Below, one piece after another: positions 21,899 through 31,687 of a stretch of DNA of 64,000 nt (the stretch's first letter is position 1; every line of letters starts with the position of its first letter). The notes beneath the pieces were generated by a model. That model was not told where the DNA came from. It saw only the letters and a list, made by a program, of their open reading frames with translations, and did no database searches. This DNA is from Bacteroidota bacterium. Lineage in GTDB: Bacteria; Bacteroidota; Ignavibacteria; Kryptoniales; JAKASW01. The stretch is from positions 18,955 to 82,954 of the forward strand of contig JAJYRM010000002.1 in assembly GCA_021794075.1 (NCBI GenBank). The letters are read 5' to 3'. A program made the position numbers and the translations under genes.

Positions 21899-23395
21899 TT
21901 GGGATTCACTGTCATTGATTACGTGATTGTCTTTGCATATCTGGTCGGCGTCTCAGCATTCGGGATTTTTATGGGGGGCAAACAGAAAAGCGCTTCTGAT
22001 TATTTCGTCGGGGGGAGAAACATACCGTGGCTGATCGTCTCGTTCGCCGTCGTGGCGACGGAGACAAGCGCCATTACATTTATCTCCATCCCCGGTCTGG
22101 CCTATCTGACAAATCTGAATTTTCTCCAAATTGCCATCGGGTATATCGTCGGCAGGATAGCGATAGCGTTCCTCTTCCTGCCGTCGTATTATCGCGGCGA
22201 CCTTGTCACGGCCTATGAGCTTCTGAAGACTCGCTTCGGAGAAAAGACGCGCAACTACGCGTCCATCGTATTCCTTGTTACCAGGACACTAGCTACCGGA
22301 GTAAGACTCTTCACGACCGCGATTCCTCTGGCTATAATCTTCAGGGGGTACCAGATTTTTAGCGGTTATTCAAACACGGACATATATGCCGTATCGATCG
22401 CAATCATAACAATCTTCACTTTTATTTACACTTACACGGGCGGCATAAGGGCGGTAATCTGGACGGATGTGGTGCAAATGTTTATATACCTGGCCGGCGC
22501 AGCTTTAGCGCTTTGGATCATGCTGGCACACCTGCCCGATGGGTGGGGAACCGTTCTCGCGGCGGCCGCGGCCAACTCGAAATTTCAGTTCATACATTTC
22601 GGGTTCACTGGCGGTTTCGCGCATTTCTTCACGGAGAAGTATACCTTCGTTGCCAGCGTGCTCGGCGGCGCGTTTCTCTCCATGGCCTCGCACGGCACGG
22701 ACCAACTCATAGTGCAGCGGCTCCTCGCGACCAACTCTCTTAAGAACAGCCAGAAGGCGGTCATATCGAGCGGATTTTTCGTCGGCCTCCAGTTCCTGTT
22801 TTTTCTTGTAATAGGCGTTGTCCTGTTCGCGTTCTATCACGCGTATCCATTCAAGGACGGCGATCAGATATTTCCGAAGTTCATCGTCGAGCAACTCCCG
22901 AGCGGAGTAAGCGGCATCATTATAGCGGCCCTTTTCGCCAGCGCGATGGGCTCTCTCGGCGGTTCGATCAGCTCTCTGGCTTCATCGACGCTTGTTGATC
23001 TCTATAAGCCCTATTTCGGGAAGAACAGCAGCGAAGAGAAAGATCTCAAACTCTCCAAACTCTTCAGCATTTTCTGGACGATCATACTCGTCGCGACCGC
23101 TTTTATATTCATTCACACCAACGAATCGGTCATAGAGATCGCACTGTCGATAGCCTCGGTGACTTACGGGGGACTTCTTGGAACTTTTCTGCTTGGAGTC
23201 CTCTTTAAGAAACCCGGTCAGAAGGACGCAATTATCGGATTCACGGCGGGCCTGATCGTGCTTGTGTACGTTTTCTTCTTCACGCCGATAGCGTGGACGT
23301 GGTACACGATGATAGGCGCTCTCGCGACGATCGTTGTTGGACTCGTATCTTCAAAGTTCACATCCGGATCAACCGCATTGAAATCTGAGGCCTGA
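21899..23395 (+). CDS. Sodium:solute symporter family (SSF) transporter
   Basis: 498 aa with about 13 TM helices. The N-terminal DYFVGGRNIPW signature is typical of the SSF family. TTG start. Confidence 0.85.
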   Translation: MGFTVIDYVIVFAYLVGVSAFGIFMGGKQKSASDYFVGGRNIPWLIVSFAVVATETSAITFISIPGLAYLTNLNFLQIAIGYIVGRIAIAFLFLPSYYRGDLVTAYELLKTRFGEKTRNYASIVFLVTRTLATGVRLFTTAIPLAIIFRGYQIFSGYSNTDIYAVSIAIITIFTFIYTYTGGIRAVIWTDVVQMFIYLAGAALALWIMLAHLPDGWGTVLAAAAANSKFQFIHFGFTGGFAHFFTEKYTFVASVLGGAFLSMASHGTDQLIVQRLLATNSLKNSQKAVISSGFFVGLQFLFFLVIGVVLFAFYHAYPFKDGDQIFPKFIVEQLPSGVSGIIIAALFASAMGSLGGSISSLASSTLVDLYKPYFGKNSSEEKDLKLSKLFSIFWTIILVATAFIFIHTNESVIEIALSIASVTYGGLLGTFLLGVLFKKPGQKDAIIGFTAGLIVLVYVFFFTPIAWTWYTMIGALATIVVGLVSSKFTSGSTALKSEA

Positions 23396-23618
23396 GCCGG
23401 TCCTTTAGTCTCCTTCCGGCCGAAGATATTATGATCGTCAAGGCCTGAAAGTTTGTGTAGCTTGACAAAACTTGAAATATGAGCACGAGTTCCGCAATCG
23501 GGATCGAACGGGTAGCTGGTCACACTGATGGAAAACATTCACTCGATTGGATTCGAATGTTGATTAAACATATAATGAATATGACCTCGCCCGGCGGTAA
23601 AGGAATAAGCTGTTACCG

Positions 23619-24572
23619 GTGGGGCGAGGTATTTGTGGAGATTCTAGGTTGAGTTTCGCCGATCACATCCAATCCGGCCTTCTACGGACCGCCGGCGTAG
23701 TCATACGCAGGTTTCCTATAAGGCGTGTTCAAAAGATGGCCGCTTCTGTCGGTCGATTTGCCTACCGCCGCCTCAGGATCCGTCGCGATGTGGCGTTGGC
23801 AAACCTGAAGCTCTGTTTCCCGGAGAAGGGAGATACCGAGCTCGAAGAGATTCTGGAAGGCGCATACGTCAACATAGCGACTGTGCTGTTCGAGTTTCTA
23901 TATTTCCCAAAGTTTACAAGAGAGAACTTGAAGAAGATTGTGGAATTCAAGGAGGAGTCGCGGCGCCTTGTGGAAGATGCTCTGAAGAAGGGCCGAGGTC
24001 TTCTTATGATGAGTGGCCATTTCTCGAACTGGGAGCTGATCGCTTTAACCATTGGCGCATACTTTCCCGGACAGATGCAGATCATCGTCCATCCCTTTCA
24101 CAACAAGGCGGTAGATAAAGTCGCGGAAGGTTACAGGAGCCATCTCGGTAATTCCACCGTTCCCATGGCCAATTCAATCAGGGCCGCTTTGACGCAGTTG
24201 AGGTCCAACGCGATAGTCGCCCTTCTTGCGGATCAGAGTGCGGCCAGGGAGAGCGCGTCCTCCACTTTTTTTGGCGTGGAAGTCCCAACATTCCAGGGAC
24301 CGGCATCCTTCGCGCTCAAGACTGGGGCCGAGATGCAGGCGGGGTTTCTCATAAGAAGAGAAGACGGCACCTATTTGGTCGACCTCCGGAAGATAGACTA
24401 TGATGATTTAGAGGACGACTCGGAAGAGAGCGTGCGTGAATTGACACAACGGCATGTGGCTATCTTGGAGGATTTCATCAGAAGACATCCGTCCGACTGG
24501 CTATGGTTTCACAAGAGGTTCAAGCATGTGGATGTGTTCCATGATATGCTCGACAAGGTGAGGCACGGTTGA
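23619..24572 (+). CDS. Lipid A biosynthesis late acyltransferase family (LpxL/HtrB-like)
   Basis: ALANLKLCFPEK and GHFSNWE (the HX4D/E-type motif region) are typical. The start is uncertain: GTG at 23619 or TTG near 23650. Confidence 0.8.
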   Translation: MGRGICGDSRLSFADHIQSGLLRTAGVVIRRFPIRRVQKMAASVGRFAYRRLRIRRDVALANLKLCFPEKGDTELEEILEGAYVNIATVLFEFLYFPKFTRENLKKIVEFKEESRRLVEDALKKGRGLLMMSGHFSNWELIALTIGAYFPGQMQIIVHPFHNKAVDKVAEGYRSHLGNSTVPMANSIRAALTQLRSNAIVALLADQSAARESASSTFFGVEVPTFQGPASFALKTGAEMQAGFLIRREDGTYLVDLRKIDYDDLEDDSEESVRELTQRHVAILEDFIRRHPSDWLWFHKRFKHVDVFHDMLDKVRHG

Positions 24573-25600
24573 AGCGAGCTCTCGTTATTCAGACTGCATT
24601 CCTCGGAGATGTAATACTCTCTTTGCCTGTAGTGCAGGTCTTGAAGCGCTCTTTTCCCGAATCGCAGGTTGATTTCCTCTCGATCCCCGACACTTCCGGC
24701 GTATTGAAATCGCACCCGGACATATCACGGGTGATCGTGTATGACAAGCATGGGAAGGACCGTTATTTTAAAGCGCTAAGGAGACTTCGTGCTGAGTTGA
24801 AAGGTAACGAATACGACGTCGTCATTTGTCCGCACCGTTCATTGAGAAGCGCGTTCCTCGCAAGAGGAACCGGCGCCGCCGTGCGCGTCGGCTTCGACCG
24901 CTCCGCCTGGAAAGGGGGCTTCACGCACGTAAAGCCGTGGAGATTTGGCGTGCATGAAGTTGAAAGAAATCTGTCGCTACTCGATCCGCTTGGGATAACG
25001 CCCGCGAGGGAGGAACCGCGCCTCTACCCCGACGAGGAGGACGCTACAGTTGCTGATCGGTTTCTATCCATTCGCGGCGTAAATACGCCTTACGCGGTCG
25101 TTGCGCCAGGCACGGTTTGGGAAACTAAGAGGTATCCGGTAGAACTGATGCGAGAAGTCGTCGTAAAGCTCCTCTCGAAATTTGACAAGGTGGTCATTAT
25201 AGGAGGCAAAAAGGATCTCGATGTGGCGTCTGGAATCGTTGCGACGGACCCCCGGATAGTCTCCGCGGTCGGAGAACTTTCTTTCATGGTTTCGGCAGAA
25301 GTTGTCAGGCGCGCGTCGCTCCTCATTGCCAACGACTCCGCGCCAATCCATGTGGCGTCCGCCTTTGACATCCCGACTGTAGCTATATTCGGCCCGACGG
25401 TGAAGGAGTTTGGCTTTTATCCGTATCACAAGAATTCCGTTGTTGTGGAGGAGAACGGTCTTCGATGCAGACCCTGTTCGATCCACGGAGGTAGACATTG
25501 CCCAATCGCGACGTTTGAGTGCATGAGGAAGATATCTCCCGAGCGCGTCGTGAAAGAAGGCCTAATAATATCGGGAGTTTCTGACAGGATGGAAAATTAA
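24569..25600 (+). CDS. Glycosyltransferase family 9 (LPS heptosyltransferase-like)
   Basis: 343 aa. The start (ALVIQTAFLGDVILSLP), the central PGTVWETKRYP and the C-terminal NDSAPIHVASA pattern are typical of GT9. It overlaps the acyltransferase gene by 4 bp. Confidence 0.85.
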   Translation: MKRALVIQTAFLGDVILSLPVVQVLKRSFPESQVDFLSIPDTSGVLKSHPDISRVIVYDKHGKDRYFKALRRLRAELKGNEYDVVICPHRSLRSAFLARGTGAAVRVGFDRSAWKGGFTHVKPWRFGVHEVERNLSLLDPLGITPAREEPRLYPDEEDATVADRFLSIRGVNTPYAVVAPGTVWETKRYPVELMREVVVKLLSKFDKVVIIGGKKDLDVASGIVATDPRIVSAVGELSFMVSAEVVRRASLLIANDSAPIHVASAFDIPTVAIFGPTVKEFGFYPYHKNSVVVEENGLRCRPCSIHGGRHCPIATFECMRKISPERVVKEGLIISGVSDRMEN

Positions 25601-26218
25601 ATGGCGAAGAAGGTTGACTCAGGAAAAGCGAGAAGCATAACTCAGGCTGCGCAGGTGATCCTGGAAGGCGGCGTGATTATTTATCCCACCGAGACTATCT
25701 ACGGCATCGGGGCGAACGCGCTTGAGCCTAAGATCGTCGAGAAGGTGTTCGCAATAAAAGAAAGAAAGAAATCGAATCCCATACTTGTTCTTGTTCCCAA
25801 TAGGGAGAGCCTTGAGGAGCTGGTGATCGGTGTCCCCGAACGGGCCGAAGTCCTCATGCGGAATTTCTGGCCCGGTCCGCTCACGATCGTTTTCCAGGCG
25901 TCTCCGATAGTCTCTCCCATTCTGACCGCGGGGACGGGAAAGATAGGGATTAGACTGTCTAGCGATAATTTCTGCCGGGAATTGTTGAGCATTTGCGGGA
26001 TACCTATTACTTCAACTAGCGCGAACCTTTCAGGTGAACCCAACCCCGATTCGATTGGGATTATAAGTAAACTTGTGCTCGATTCAGTCGACCTGATCGT
26101 AGACGCGGGAAAGCTGATTTCTCAAACCCCTTCGACAGTTGTGGACGTCACCAAGGGCAAGGTCGAATTGCTGAGAGAAGGGGCGGTTTCGTTTCAGAGG
26201 ATACAGGAAGTTTTGTGA
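25601..26218 (+). CDS. tsaC: L-threonylcarbamoyladenylate synthase (YrdC/TsaC family)
   Basis: 205 aa with GGVIIYPTETIYGIGANA, KERKKSNPILVL and TSTSANLSGEP. Confidence 0.9.
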   Translation: MAKKVDSGKARSITQAAQVILEGGVIIYPTETIYGIGANALEPKIVEKVFAIKERKKSNPILVLVPNRESLEELVIGVPERAEVLMRNFWPGPLTIVFQASPIVSPILTAGTGKIGIRLSSDNFCRELLSICGIPITSTSANLSGEPNPDSIGIISKLVLDSVDLIVDAGKLISQTPSTVVDVTKGKVELLREGAVSFQRIQEVL

Positions 26219-26358
26219 GAAACCCCTGTCACGGCTTTGAATTTTGACGAGGTTGCAACGTCGCCGATATGAACGCGTGGCCGTGTCGCAACTGTCGTCA
26301 CCATTCTGCTCTCGACTGAGCGGATAACGAGTATAAACGAGACTCGTCCACCTGCCAC

Positions 26359-27414
26359 TTACTCGGCCAATTGCTTCTCAAAAGTCAGAAGCTCAGTCAT
26401 CTCCACGACGAGCGGTTTCCGTTCGAAGTAGTTGAACCTTCTCGTCGAGCGTTCCGGCAGATAGACTTTGCCGGCGGTTTTGTAATTTCCCTCCGCGAAA
26501 ATGCGCTGCACTTCAAACGGATAATCGGCCAAACCCGTTTCGCCCGCCTGCAGAGTAACCAACACCGATACGTTACCACGTGTCTTAAGAATTCGGTTTG
26601 CCTCCCTGTAGACGGTCTTGAATTTCATCCTGAAGTTGGAAAGCGCGACAGTAATATCTTCGGTACCCGAATAAAACTCGTCAGGCAGGGCCAGGAAAAC
26701 GTAGTCCGCGGAATTCGTCTCTACAGGTATCCCGGTGAGGAAGATGTTGTTCTGCGTGATACGCTCGTCGGAGGACGTTGTGTCGAAAATTTTGTATCGC
26801 CGGTCGCGAAAATATGGGATCTTGTCGACAACGTCGCCGAGCGTGCCTCCGACTGCAAACGGATCGACGATGAAGGCGCCCGGATTGGAGTAATGATATA
26901 TCGCGTTGGCTACGATCTGTCCGGGTATCCTACCCTTCTGACCCGGCTTGCCAAATCGCGGGTCGGCGACCTCGAAGCTCCAGACGTTCGTGTTCTTTAG
27001 GTCGAATCCGAACTTGGTTCGCTCAGCTTCTTTCTCCATAAGAGAGTCTTCACGGATTTTCTTTCGAAGTTCTCCCACGGTCCACTTTCCCTGTATCGCC
27101 GCCTTCTCGTAACCCTTTCGTCTCTCGTCGTCGCCAACTCTTGTCGCCAGCTCAAAGTAGAAGTTCTCCGGCAGCTTTCTCTTCTTCAGGTCCGGATAAT
27201 ATGTAAAGTACGCCTGGCATTGTTTGAGAAGGCTCGCCTGAAATTTGAAGCCGGGATACGATGAGAGGAGTTTGTAGAGCTCTTCTTCCGATAACTTGTT
27301 CGATTTCGCGTAAGGAAGGATTTTCTCGACAATGAATTTGCCGACATCCCAGAAGCTGTCGACTGAAAGGGAATTAAGCCTCTCGGCTAGTTTCTGAAGT
27401 GCCTCGTTTTTCAT
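26359..27414 (-). CDS. Hypothetical protein with a SAM-methyltransferase-like core and degenerate catalytic motif
   Basis: 351 aa. IPGQIVANAIYHYSNPGAFIVDPFAVGGTLGDV resembles motif X plus motif I of amino-methyltransferases. ADYVFLALPDEFY sits where (D/N/S)PP(Y/F) is expected. The N-terminal helical region is distinct. Confidence 0.45.
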   Translation of the reverse strand: MKNEALQKLAERLNSLSVDSFWDVGKFIVEKILPYAKSNKLSEEELYKLLSSYPGFKFQASLLKQCQAYFTYYPDLKKRKLPENFYFELATRVGDDERRKGYEKAAIQGKWTVGELRKKIREDSLMEKEAERTKFGFDLKNTNVWSFEVADPRFGKPGQKGRIPGQIVANAIYHYSNPGAFIVDPFAVGGTLGDVVDKIPYFRDRRYKIFDTTSSDERITQNNIFLTGIPVETNSADYVFLALPDEFYSGTEDITVALSNFRMKFKTVYREANRILKTRGNVSVLVTLQAGETGLADYPFEVQRIFAEGNYKTAGKVYLPERSTRRFNYFERKPLVVEMTELLTFEKQLAE

Positions 27415-27702
27415 CTCTCGTCACTCCTTATTTTTTTTCGCATAGAAATACAACGGCTTCCCGCGGAAGCGAACTTAACGAAACCCTCATCAGCTGGAAT
27501 CCAGTTTGACCCGGTGTCATCATTGTGATATCTCCCTTCTGCTCACAGTATCGATACCAGCTATGTGGGTTCTTGCTGGTACAATCTGAATATGGCCTGA
27601 CCGGTGATCATCTCGCATCAAGTCTCAGCACTATAGGTGCGTCTGTATAACCTGCGCGCAAACGGATACCAGGTTGCACAGACAATTCCGTGTTTATTCA
27701 GC

Positions 27703-28209
27703 CTAACTTTGCGCTGCCTCTTTGCTGTCTTTCCAGCTGCGGACGTACGAAACTATATCTGTAGTCAGCGTCCCAGGCGTGAAGAGTTCCCCGACGCCGA
27801 GTTCTTTCAATGCCTTTATGTCTTTCTCGGGAATTATACCGCCACCGAAGAGAAGTACTTCCGCAAGTCCCTTCTCCTTCATGAGTGTGAGAATTTTCGG
27901 GAAGATGGTCATGTGTGCGCCGCTGAGAAGACTTATACCGATTACGTCGACGTCTTCCTGGATCGCGGCTTCGACAATCATTTCTGGGGTCTGGCGGAGC
28001 CCCGTATAAATTACCTCCATGCCTGCGTCGCGAAGCGCGGCGGCTACGACTTTGGCGCCCCGATCATGGCCGTCCAAACCAGCTTTCGCGATAAGGACTC
28101 TTATTCTTTTCTGGCTCTTATCGGGATCTCGGCGTGTCTTCCGGTCGTCCGATTCTGCTGACTCCGCTTTACCCTGTATGACTTTTCCGGGATCATTCCG
28201 AATTTTCAT
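27703..28209 (-). CDS. Stand-alone cobalamin-binding domain protein (methylmalonyl-CoA mutase C-terminal domain type)
   Basis: 168 aa. [20 protein letters not shown] carries the DxHxxG B12-binding motif, followed by GISLLSG and GGGIIP. Confidence 0.88.
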   Translation of the reverse strand: MKIRNDPGKVIQGKAESAESDDRKTRRDPDKSQKRIRVLIAKAGLDGHDRGAKVVAAALRDAGMEVIYTGLRQTPEMIVEAAIQEDVDVIGISLLSGAHMTIFPKILTLMKEKGLAEVLLFGGGIIPEKDIKALKELGVGELFTPGTLTTDIVSYVRSWKDSKEAAQS

Positions 28210-28295
28210 CGCATACCTTTCATTGAAGTACGGAGCGCCGCAAATAAAGGCGGTTTCCGTGATTCATCGTTGATGCGGTACGCTCCCGCTGAAGA

Positions 28296-29309
28296 TCATT
28301 CCTCCGGGAGCGTCTGCCCGTTGTTTTCAAGCTTCGAGTTAAGGGCAACCGAGTATTTTTTCTGCATGTAAGATAGTACTCCGGCGCCAATTATGACAGC
28401 GAACCAGAGCGTCGCCCCCCGTATTATGAAGGTGGCGGCCACCGCGGCATCCTTCGGTATCTTTGCGAAAATCAAAAGTCCTGCGAGTGACGTGTCGGTC
28501 GCCCCGAGTCCGCCTGGAAGAAATGAGACTGCTCCGACGACGGTCGAGAAGGAATAGATGAATGAAGCGGATAACAGCTTCAGGTGGACATCGACGCCGT
28601 CGAGCACAAAAAGAAATCCGACGCATTCCGCAAACCATGCGATAAGCCCGAGCAACATCGATACTGCCAGCACTTTCCCGGTCAGCAGCGTGTGTGAACT
28701 CTCGTAGGCGGTCTCGATTTCTTTTGTCCATTTTGCAATGATGGGCATTCTGTTCATGTAGCGAATAATTCTCATCGACAACGAGCGGTTCGAAATCACG
28801 GCTATGCTTAAGATGAAAATCATTCCGAAGATTATAATCAGCTTCTTGTCGTGCCCAATGCTATACGCTCCGACCATGGCGATGATGAGGAGCGAAAGAA
28901 GATCCGTAAGTCTTTCCGCAAGCACTATCGGCGCGGACTTGCTTATCGGGACAGAGTTTAGCGCCTTGAGGAAGTACGATTTCAGGAGCTCACCCATCTT
29001 GCCGGGAGTCACGGACATCGCGAGTGAAGACATGAAGACGCCAAAGCTTTCCGAGCGGGGAACTTCGATTTTCAGCGCCTTGAGATAAAATTGCCACCTG
29101 ATAAACCTTATCAGGTAATTGGCGAGAGAGAGCGCGAGTATGACCGGAATGATGTCATACGAAAACGTCGCGATGGTTTGTCGCAGCTCGCCGACATTCG
29201 CGTAAAGAGAAAAGGCCACCCCGATCACTGCGGCAATGGCCAAAGAGATGAATAATTTCTTCCGAAGATTTTTCAGCATTCGACGTTCATCGCTGACTGC
29301 GGGCCACAA
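28296..29309 (-). CDS. Flippase-like (lysylphosphatidylglycerol synthase TM region/UPF0104) membrane protein
   Basis: 337 aa, about 8 TM helices. The ...PGKMGELLK... and PGGLGATD motifs are typical of this family. An alternative start lies at 29279. Confidence 0.7.
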   Translation of the reverse strand: MWPAVSDERRMLKNLRKKLFISLAIAAVIGVAFSLYANVGELRQTIATFSYDIIPVILALSLANYLIRFIRWQFYLKALKIEVPRSESFGVFMSSLAMSVTPGKMGELLKSYFLKALNSVPISKSAPIVLAERLTDLLSLLIIAMVGAYSIGHDKKLIIIFGMIFILSIAVISNRSLSMRIIRYMNRMPIIAKWTKEIETAYESSHTLLTGKVLAVSMLLGLIAWFAECVGFLFVLDGVDVHLKLLSASFIYSFSTVVGAVSFLPGGLGATDTSLAGLLIFAKIPKDAAVAATFIIRGATLWFAVIIGAGVLSYMQKKYSVALNSKLENNGQTLPEE

Positions 29310-29327
29310 CCTTCGACTGACGACATC

Positions 29328-29912
29328 TTATTGAGCTGGCATCCCAAATCTTTTCAGAGCAAGATAAAACTTGGGTAACGGTAATCCAACCACGTTGTAG
29401 AAGTCGCCGTTGATGCGCTCCACGAACAAGGCGCTTAGATCGTCCTGGATGCCGTACGCGCCGGCCTTATCGAATGGAGCGCCCGATTTCACGTACTCAT
29501 CTATCTCGTCATCTTCAAGCTCTCTGAAGGTGACCTCCGTCGCTCCGCATTCTTTGACAATTCTCCCGCCCGGAACTTCGAGAAGCGTGAATCCGGTGTA
29601 AACGGTGTGGGTCCTCCCGCTTAAGAGTCGAAGCATCCTGTGGGCGTCGGCGGCGTCGACCGGTTTATTCAGGATCTTCCCGTCCACATAGACGATCGTG
29701 TCGGCAGTGGCAATGATGCCGTTCTCTATTTGTATGGCCGCTTCTTTCGCCTTTTTCTCCGAAAGACTCATCACATATTCCTCGGGATTGTCGGCAAAGT
29801 GATTGTCTTCATCAACCGCGACGTCGAGCAGCGTGAATTTTATGCCGACCATCTCGAGCATTTGCCGCCGGCGTGGGGAGCGGGAAGCCAGATATATGTG
29901 TGGAAGGTTCAT
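29328..29912 (-). CDS. maf: Maf-like nucleoside triphosphate pyrophosphatase
   Basis: 194 aa with LASRSPRRRQML, DTIV and KAGAYGIQ. Confidence 0.92.
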   Translation of the reverse strand: MNLPHIYLASRSPRRRQMLEMVGIKFTLLDVAVDEDNHFADNPEEYVMSLSEKKAKEAAIQIENGIIATADTIVYVDGKILNKPVDAADAHRMLRLLSGRTHTVYTGFTLLEVPGGRIVKECGATEVTFRELEDDEIDEYVKSGAPFDKAGAYGIQDDLSALFVERINGDFYNVVGLPLPKFYLALKRFGMPAQ

Positions 29913-29918
29913 AAGGAT

Positions 29919-31265
29919 TCAATATACTTTCTTAATTACCGTGCCCGGGTAATAGTGCGATAGGATCTGTCTGAAGCTGTAACCCAGACGCGACATGCCG
30001 AGCGCGCCCCACTGGCACATCCCAACTCCGTGGCCGTTTCCCTTTCCTTTGAGAATCACCCTTGATATGCCGCCGCCATATTTACGGAGAGTTTCAATTG
30101 TGAACATGCTGCTGTTGAGAATCGAGCCGTTGCTGCGCTTGAAAAGGTATCTCGTCCGGTCCCCACGAACGTAATAAATATGACCGTCGTCCATTTTGAT
30201 TTCGAGGGAATCGACGCGGCCGGAGTTGAATCGGTCAATGACTCTCAACGCTTCAACGTTGCCGTAGACGGCCACGCCGCCATAGTTCGGGCTAGCCATG
30301 GCTAGATTACGCTTGACAAGTTCTGTCAGCTCATGCCCCGAGAAAGTTACGCTCCAGTAAAAATTGGGATTGAAAATGCAGAATGGTTCTCCGGTGGCAG
30401 GATCAATGTCAGAGACCCCCCTTAGATATGGTAGAGCGGGCTGCCCCTGCCATACCTCCTGAACCGACGCGGTGTGTCCGCCGCATGTCGAGAAAAAGAA
30501 ACACCTTGCAGGCTCTCCATTATATTCCACTATCATCCCGCGCGTAAGCTCGACGGCGGTGTCCGCGATAGGTTTATATCTTTCGATACCGGAGTAAACC
30601 TGGTCCCTCGTATCGGAGTAGACGTCGAACCCTTTTGAAGCTGGATCGTTTGCGAAAGAGTCGATGTTGCTCATTCTGAAAAACGCGTAATTCCTTGCCG
30701 CGATAGCTTGCGCCATGCACGCCTGCAATTCGTCCGGCTTCAGGTTGTTTATAAGCTCGTTAGGTACGACACCCCTGAGGTACGTCTCCAGCGGGACTCT
30801 GTTTATCAGGCGGAACGAACCGTCGCTCTCGGGCATAATCTCAACTGTCCCCGGATATGTTTCTCCGTTGAACATCACGCCAAGAGGATCGCTTGGACTA
30901 ATAATAGGATCAAGCGTGTCGGCAGGTTCTATATCGATCGGAGAGTAGAAGTTTATTTGCTGATCCGGTAAATTCGCCACGGGTGAACCTTGAGGGGTGA
31001 AATGAAACGTGATCGATGAGTTTGTCAGCGAAGCGATTTTTACATCCTGATAAATCAAACTGCACTTACCCTGGATGCGGAGCGATAGGTCCTTCTGGTG
31101 CGCGGTCAGGCTCACGCGTATATCAGGTTGGCGGTTGTAAATGGTAATTGAGCGCGCGAAGGAGCGTGATGCGCTTAAGAGAAGGATGAATGAGAGAACG
31201 AAAACTTTTGCGGAGGGTCTCAACAAAATTCCCGGGCCGCGGGGATCCTCCGGGCCGAACGTCAT
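29919..31265 (-). CDS. SpoIID/LytB-domain protein
   Basis: 448 aa with a signal peptide. YLRGVVPNE, AIAARNYA and FFSTCGGHT match the SpoIID amidase-enhancer/lytic transglycosylase domain. Confidence 0.85.
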   Translation of the reverse strand: MTFGPEDPRGPGILLRPSAKVFVLSFILLLSASRSFARSITIYNRQPDIRVSLTAHQKDLSLRIQGKCSLIYQDVKIASLTNSSITFHFTPQGSPVANLPDQQINFYSPIDIEPADTLDPIISPSDPLGVMFNGETYPGTVEIMPESDGSFRLINRVPLETYLRGVVPNELINNLKPDELQACMAQAIAARNYAFFRMSNIDSFANDPASKGFDVYSDTRDQVYSGIERYKPIADTAVELTRGMIVEYNGEPARCFFFSTCGGHTASVQEVWQGQPALPYLRGVSDIDPATGEPFCIFNPNFYWSVTFSGHELTELVKRNLAMASPNYGGVAVYGNVEALRVIDRFNSGRVDSLEIKMDDGHIYYVRGDRTRYLFKRSNGSILNSSMFTIETLRKYGGGISRVILKGKGNGHGVGMCQWGALGMSRLGYSFRQILSHYYPGTVIKKVY

Positions 31266-31687
31266 CTAAACATTGCTTTGATGCTGCCCCATGTCCGTGC
31301 TGCCACACCGGACAGCCCCGAGAATTCATAGCTGACAGTTATGGGATCGGAGTAGGAAACGCTGTTATCGTTTCCATCGGCCCTGATGCGGTAGACAAAA
31401 ACAGACGATGACGATGTCTTGTAAATCTGCTTGTCGGTGAAGTTGTAAACGCTTCCCGCGCCGGTAGGAGTTACCGTGCCGATTTGGAAATATTGGTTAT
31501 TGATCTGCGAAGCCTTCTCGATGGCGAAATCCTTTATTCCATTTTCAACTGACGTGGACCACTGTATTAAAATACCGTCAGCGGTGCTGCTCCCTCTGAC
31601 ATCCTGGAAGACCACATTTGATGTCGGCATTAATGCCATCAGGAATAAGGCGATTGCTATAAGGAAGTACTTCATCTTCGCGTTCAA
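31262..31687 (-). CDS. Hypothetical secreted beta-rich protein
   Basis: 141 aa with a signal peptide (MKYFLIAIALFLMALM). The composition is FN3/Ig-like. It overlaps the spoIID-like gene by 4 bp. Confidence 0.5.
   Translation of the reverse strand: MNAKMKYFLIAIALFLMALMPTSNVVFQDVRGSSTADGILIQWSTSVENGIKDFAIEKASQINNQYFQIGTVTPTGAGSVYNFTDKQIYKTSSSSVFVYRIRADGNDNSVSYSDPITVSYEFSGLSGVAARTWGSIKAMFR

Noticed and set aside
23218-23538. 106-aa minus-strand ORF overlapping the 3' end of the symporter gene
   Set aside because: It overlaps the well-supported SSF transporter by about 180 nt, has no motifs and no RBS. It is probably spurious.
27415-27702. Cobalamin riboswitch near the B12-domain gene, and likewise near 63700 upstream of the PduO-type gene
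   Set aside because: I could not find a B12-box-like core (GCCACTG-type) or the GGTG..AA..CC / GGGAA elements by eye on either strand. Only small generic hairpins are present. A covariance-model scan would be needed to be certain.
27637-28273. Plus-strand ORFs (27637..28161, 27722..28009, 28019..28273) opposite the B12-binding domain gene
   Set aside because: The minus-strand product has the DxHxxG cobalamin-binding signature. The plus-strand ORFs have no recognisable features.
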